From the IMG/VR virus record IMGVR_UViG_3300022468_000269: a DNA stretch of 26,815 bases; one strand, given 5' to 3'. A program made the position numbers and the translations under genes. Every line of letters starts with the position of its first letter. The first letter of the stretch is position 1. Source of the stretch: an uncultured virus (IMG/VR IMGVR_UViG_3300022468_000269). Taxonomy: Duplodnaviria > Heunggongvirae > Uroviricota > Caudoviricetes. This document shows positions 24,761-26,815 of this stretch, in pieces. Under the pieces are notes generated by a model. The model saw nothing but the letters and a program-made list of their open reading frames with translations, searched no databases and was not told the DNA's origin.

Positions 24761-25161
24761 TTTCCCCACGGCGAGTTGAATTCCCCGGCCAGTTGATCCG
24801 CGACAACCGCGATGTAGTCAGTGTCCGGCCCGTATGTTTCCACCCACCATTCGCGGCGGGGATGAATACCTTCAGCGCCTAGATGATGCAGGTGGCACAG
24901 CGGGATAACGTGCTTGTTCGGGGCCTTGCGCTGCGAATAGCGCCCGCAAATCGGGTGATGCAGTTCGACGGGCCTAGAACCGCAGCAGACGCAAGGCAAC
25001 TGCGCCACAGCGTCCATGTGCCGCCGTTCATCGACGGGCGTGTATTTCCGCTTCCGGCCAATTGGCTTGCGAACCTTCGGCTTCTGAAATTGCGGTTCAA
25101 TCCGCACCGGCTTTTCAGCCTTGAGGCCAAGCGCACCCTTGAGGCGGGCAAGGAACGTCAT
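24757..25161 (-). CDS. DUF968/Ref-like zinc-binding HNH nuclease
   Basis: HMDAVAQLPCVCCG...ELHH...VIPLCHLHH. Confidence 0.75.
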   Translation of the reverse strand: MTFLARLKGALGLKAEKPVRIEPQFQKPKVRKPIGRKRKYTPVDERRHMDAVAQLPCVCCGSRPVELHHPICGRYSQRKAPNKHVIPLCHLHHLGAEGIHPRREWWVETYGPDTDYIAVVADQLAGEFNSPWGK

Positions 25162-25592
25162 GCCGCCACCGGGATCGTCAGTTGCACACCCTGCGCCGCA
25201 TAGGCGGCGGCGAAGGCGTCTAGAAACCGCGTCTTTTGCTTTGTCGTCATCAGGCGCGTGACGGGGAAATCCATCGGTTCCATCATCAACTCCAACTTTT
25301 CCTCGTAGGGGCGGGGCTTGATCAGGCGGTCGTATTTCTCGCAGAACACTTCATTTTCGGCGCGCAGGATCGGGACGCCGAAACGCAACTTCGCATCGCC
25401 CCTGACTTCCTCTGCCGTGCGGTCGCTAAGCTGTTCCGCGATTTCTTGGCACCACATGCGTTGCAGGCGGTTTTGATCGGTGGTGCGAGGCGCACCCGCA
25501 ACGATGCTGACTGTGACAGGCAGGCTGCGGGCGCGTAGCAGGGTTGCCAGCGCGTCAATGTCGTAGGGTGTGCGAATGACGCGCGAAGTCAT
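25158..25592 (-). CDS. NinB/Orf-like recombination mediator
   Basis: RTTDQNRL..MW..EIAEQ and TRLMT.KQ...FLD motifs; TAATG-coupled to ssb. Confidence 0.7.
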   Translation of the reverse strand: MTSRVIRTPYDIDALATLLRARSLPVTVSIVAGAPRTTDQNRLQRMWCQEIAEQLSDRTAEEVRGDAKLRFGVPILRAENEVFCEKYDRLIKPRPYEEKLELMMEPMDFPVTRLMTTKQKTRFLDAFAAAYAAQGVQLTIPVAA

Positions 25593-25984
25593 TAGCGCCA
25601 CTCAGGGGCAAAAGGGATTTCGTCCCCGAAGTCAGCCGGGGCCTGCGCGTTGTGCGCCGCCTGTGACGTGCTGCTGCGGTTGTCGGAGCGTTCGCCACCA
25701 CCCATCAGCGTCACCTGATCGGCGCGCACCGTCAGATACGTCTTGCCTTCATGCTCTCGGGTGGACAGTTCCCCAGCTACGGCCACCTTCGTGCCTTTCG
25801 TCAGGTATTGCGCCAGTGCTTCGCCGCGCTTGCCGAACACGGACACGTCGAACCAGATCGTCCGCTTGTCCTGGCCCTTGCGTTCCTCGACGCCCACGCC
25901 GAAGCTGAGAACGGCATCGCCTGATCCGGTGCGCCGAAGCACGGCGTCCTTGCCAAGGTTGCCTGCGATGTTGAGATTTTTCAT
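25592..25984 (-). CDS. ssb: Single-stranded DNA-binding protein
   Basis: IAGNLGKDA, WFDVSVFGKRGEALAQYLTKGTKVAVAGEL, C-terminal DEIPF. Confidence 0.95.
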   Translation of the reverse strand: MKNLNIAGNLGKDAVLRRTGSGDAVLSFGVGVEERKGQDKRTIWFDVSVFGKRGEALAQYLTKGTKVAVAGELSTREHEGKTYLTVRADQVTLMGGGERSDNRSSTSQAAHNAQAPADFGDEIPFAPEWR

Positions 25985-26679
25985 TGTGCCGCGACTCCAT
26001 GCGTTTCGGTGATTTCGTTGCGGCGCATCTCGTATGCGTCCACAATCTTTTCGTGCAGATCGGGGTGCTTCTCGGCCATGCTTTCGATCAGCTTGGCGCG
26101 ACGGCTCCATTCGTTTTCCAGCGCCTTGACGCCCTTGCCCTTGAACCCGTCAGCGATGGCCTTGGCATAGGCTTCGGCCACTTGGCGTGGTGTCGGGTTG
26201 GGTGGCAGGCTGTCTATCACAGCATCGCGCCAAGCGTCTTGCAGGGCCGATGATTGGTGGCCGGGTGTGGTGCTGGCATCGACAAGCGGCGGGGCCTTGG
26301 CTGCGGCGTTCCCGTCGTCGTCGTCTTGCGGGGCGATACCCGTCAGGCTTTCAACGCCGATCCGTTTTGCGTAGGTTGTGGCGCTTTTGAACCCCTGCAT
26401 GTTGTTCCGATCAACGATCAAGGGAACGTCGCACGTCACATTGGTGTCGCTGATGCCGTGGTGCAGGACGGTGCGCATCACGCTGCCCCGTTCGTCCACG
26501 ACGATCTGGTGGTAGTAGGCGATGCCGTTGCGGTTCAGGGCGGGGCGCACTACCTGCACCACGTCATCAAGCGCGGCATAGCGCGACTTGAACGCGGGGT
26601 TCACGGAGCCTTTAACAACGGCTTCCATTTCAGACTGTGCGGCGGCAAGCGCCACGAAAACGTTCTTGTGTTCGGTCAT
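25981..26679 (-). CDS. erf: ERF-family single-strand annealing protein
   Basis: ALAAAQ...NPAFKSRYAALDDV, QGFKSATTYAKR...GIAPQDDDDGN. Confidence 0.9.
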   Translation of the reverse strand: MTEHKNVFVALAAAQSEMEAVVKGSVNPAFKSRYAALDDVVQVVRPALNRNGIAYYHQIVVDERGSVMRTVLHHGISDTNVTCDVPLIVDRNNMQGFKSATTYAKRIGVESLTGIAPQDDDDGNAAAKAPPLVDASTTPGHQSSALQDAWRDAVIDSLPPNPTPRQVAEAYAKAIADGFKGKGVKALENEWSRRAKLIESMAEKHPDLHEKIVDAYEMRRNEITETHGVAAQ

Positions 26680-26815
26680 TTGCTTGTTCCATGCAAAGGG
26701 TGGAAACCAAGGTTTTCCAGCGCGACAGCGCGGGCGGCGATGGCGTCGATTTCTGTTCCGAAATACCCAAGGTGATGGTCGCGGTAATTGAACATCACCT
26801 TGGGTATTTCGGAAC
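26676..26815 (-). CDS. C-terminal AP2-type domain of a probable HNH-AP2 homing endonuclease (5'-truncated)
   Basis: Minus-strand frame ...VMFNYRDHHLGYFGTEIDAIAARAVALENLGFHPLHGTSK*; ATGA overlap with erf. Confidence 0.7.
   Translation of the reverse strand, partial: SEIPKVMFNYRDHHLGYFGTEIDAIAARAVALENLGFHPLHGTSK
26755..26815. repeat. Perfect 23-bp inverted repeat running to the last base
   Basis: 26755..26777 GTTCCGAAATACCCAAGGTGATG is the exact reverse complement of 26793..26815. Confidence 0.95.

Larger units (their letters stand above)
15591..26815. mobile_element. Segment of a temperate, integrase-encoding high-GC phage (probably alphaproteobacterial), in excised (attP) configuration
   Basis: GC-ending codons. 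A plus-strand lysis block converges on a minus-strand int/xis/recombination operon. The tRNA-derived att core has phage genes on both sides. Confidence 0.85.

Noticed and set aside
15600..26800. Numerous long overlapping shadow ORFs (e.g. 16257..17033 -, 19673..20206 +, 26254..26775 +)
   Set aside because: Arg/Pro-rich off-frame or antisense products typical of high-GC DNA; the coupled gene chain already tiles the region.
26755..26815. Protelomerase hairpin telomere
   Set aside because: It lies inside a coding sequence and has a 15-nt asymmetric spacer. The phage has an integrase and attP, and no protelomerase is visible in the window.
1..26815. CRISPR array, rRNA, IS element or invertible tail-fibre cassette
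   Set aside because: No regularly spaced repeats, rRNA motifs, transposase or invertase seen; both beta-helix genes are in the same orientation with no flanking inverted repeats.

Overview
The whole window is phage DNA, but it reads as two different phages joined together. Positions 1 to ~14,000 are the late arm of a lytic podovirus (SIO1/cobavirus-like architecture, T-ending codons GCT/GGT/CGT/ACT). This arm encodes a tail tubular protein, internal virion proteins including a transglycosylase, endolysin, holin candidates, spanins, an HNH protein, a beta-helix protein and a tail spike. Positions ~15,590 to 26,815 are a high-GC temperate phage, probably of Rhodobacteraceae-type Alphaproteobacteria. 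It carries a second homologous beta-helix gene, a second complete lysis cassette, an HTH-metallophosphoesterase, an intact attP (3' part of tRNA-Val CAC), tyrosine integrase/excisionase, and a minus-strand early operon (ERF, SSB, NinB-like, HNH nucleases). The switch falls inside the tail-spike gene, so this is either an assembly misjoin through a shared spike or a real recombinant. The most interesting unexplained signal is a set of homologous intergenic cassettes in the temperate late operon. In each, a sigma70-like promoter overlapping the next gene's RBS points antisense into a highly structured RNA: one ~88-nt cloverleaf, one ~330-nt multi-domain RNA, and one weaker case. All calls are by eye; no searches or folding programs were run.
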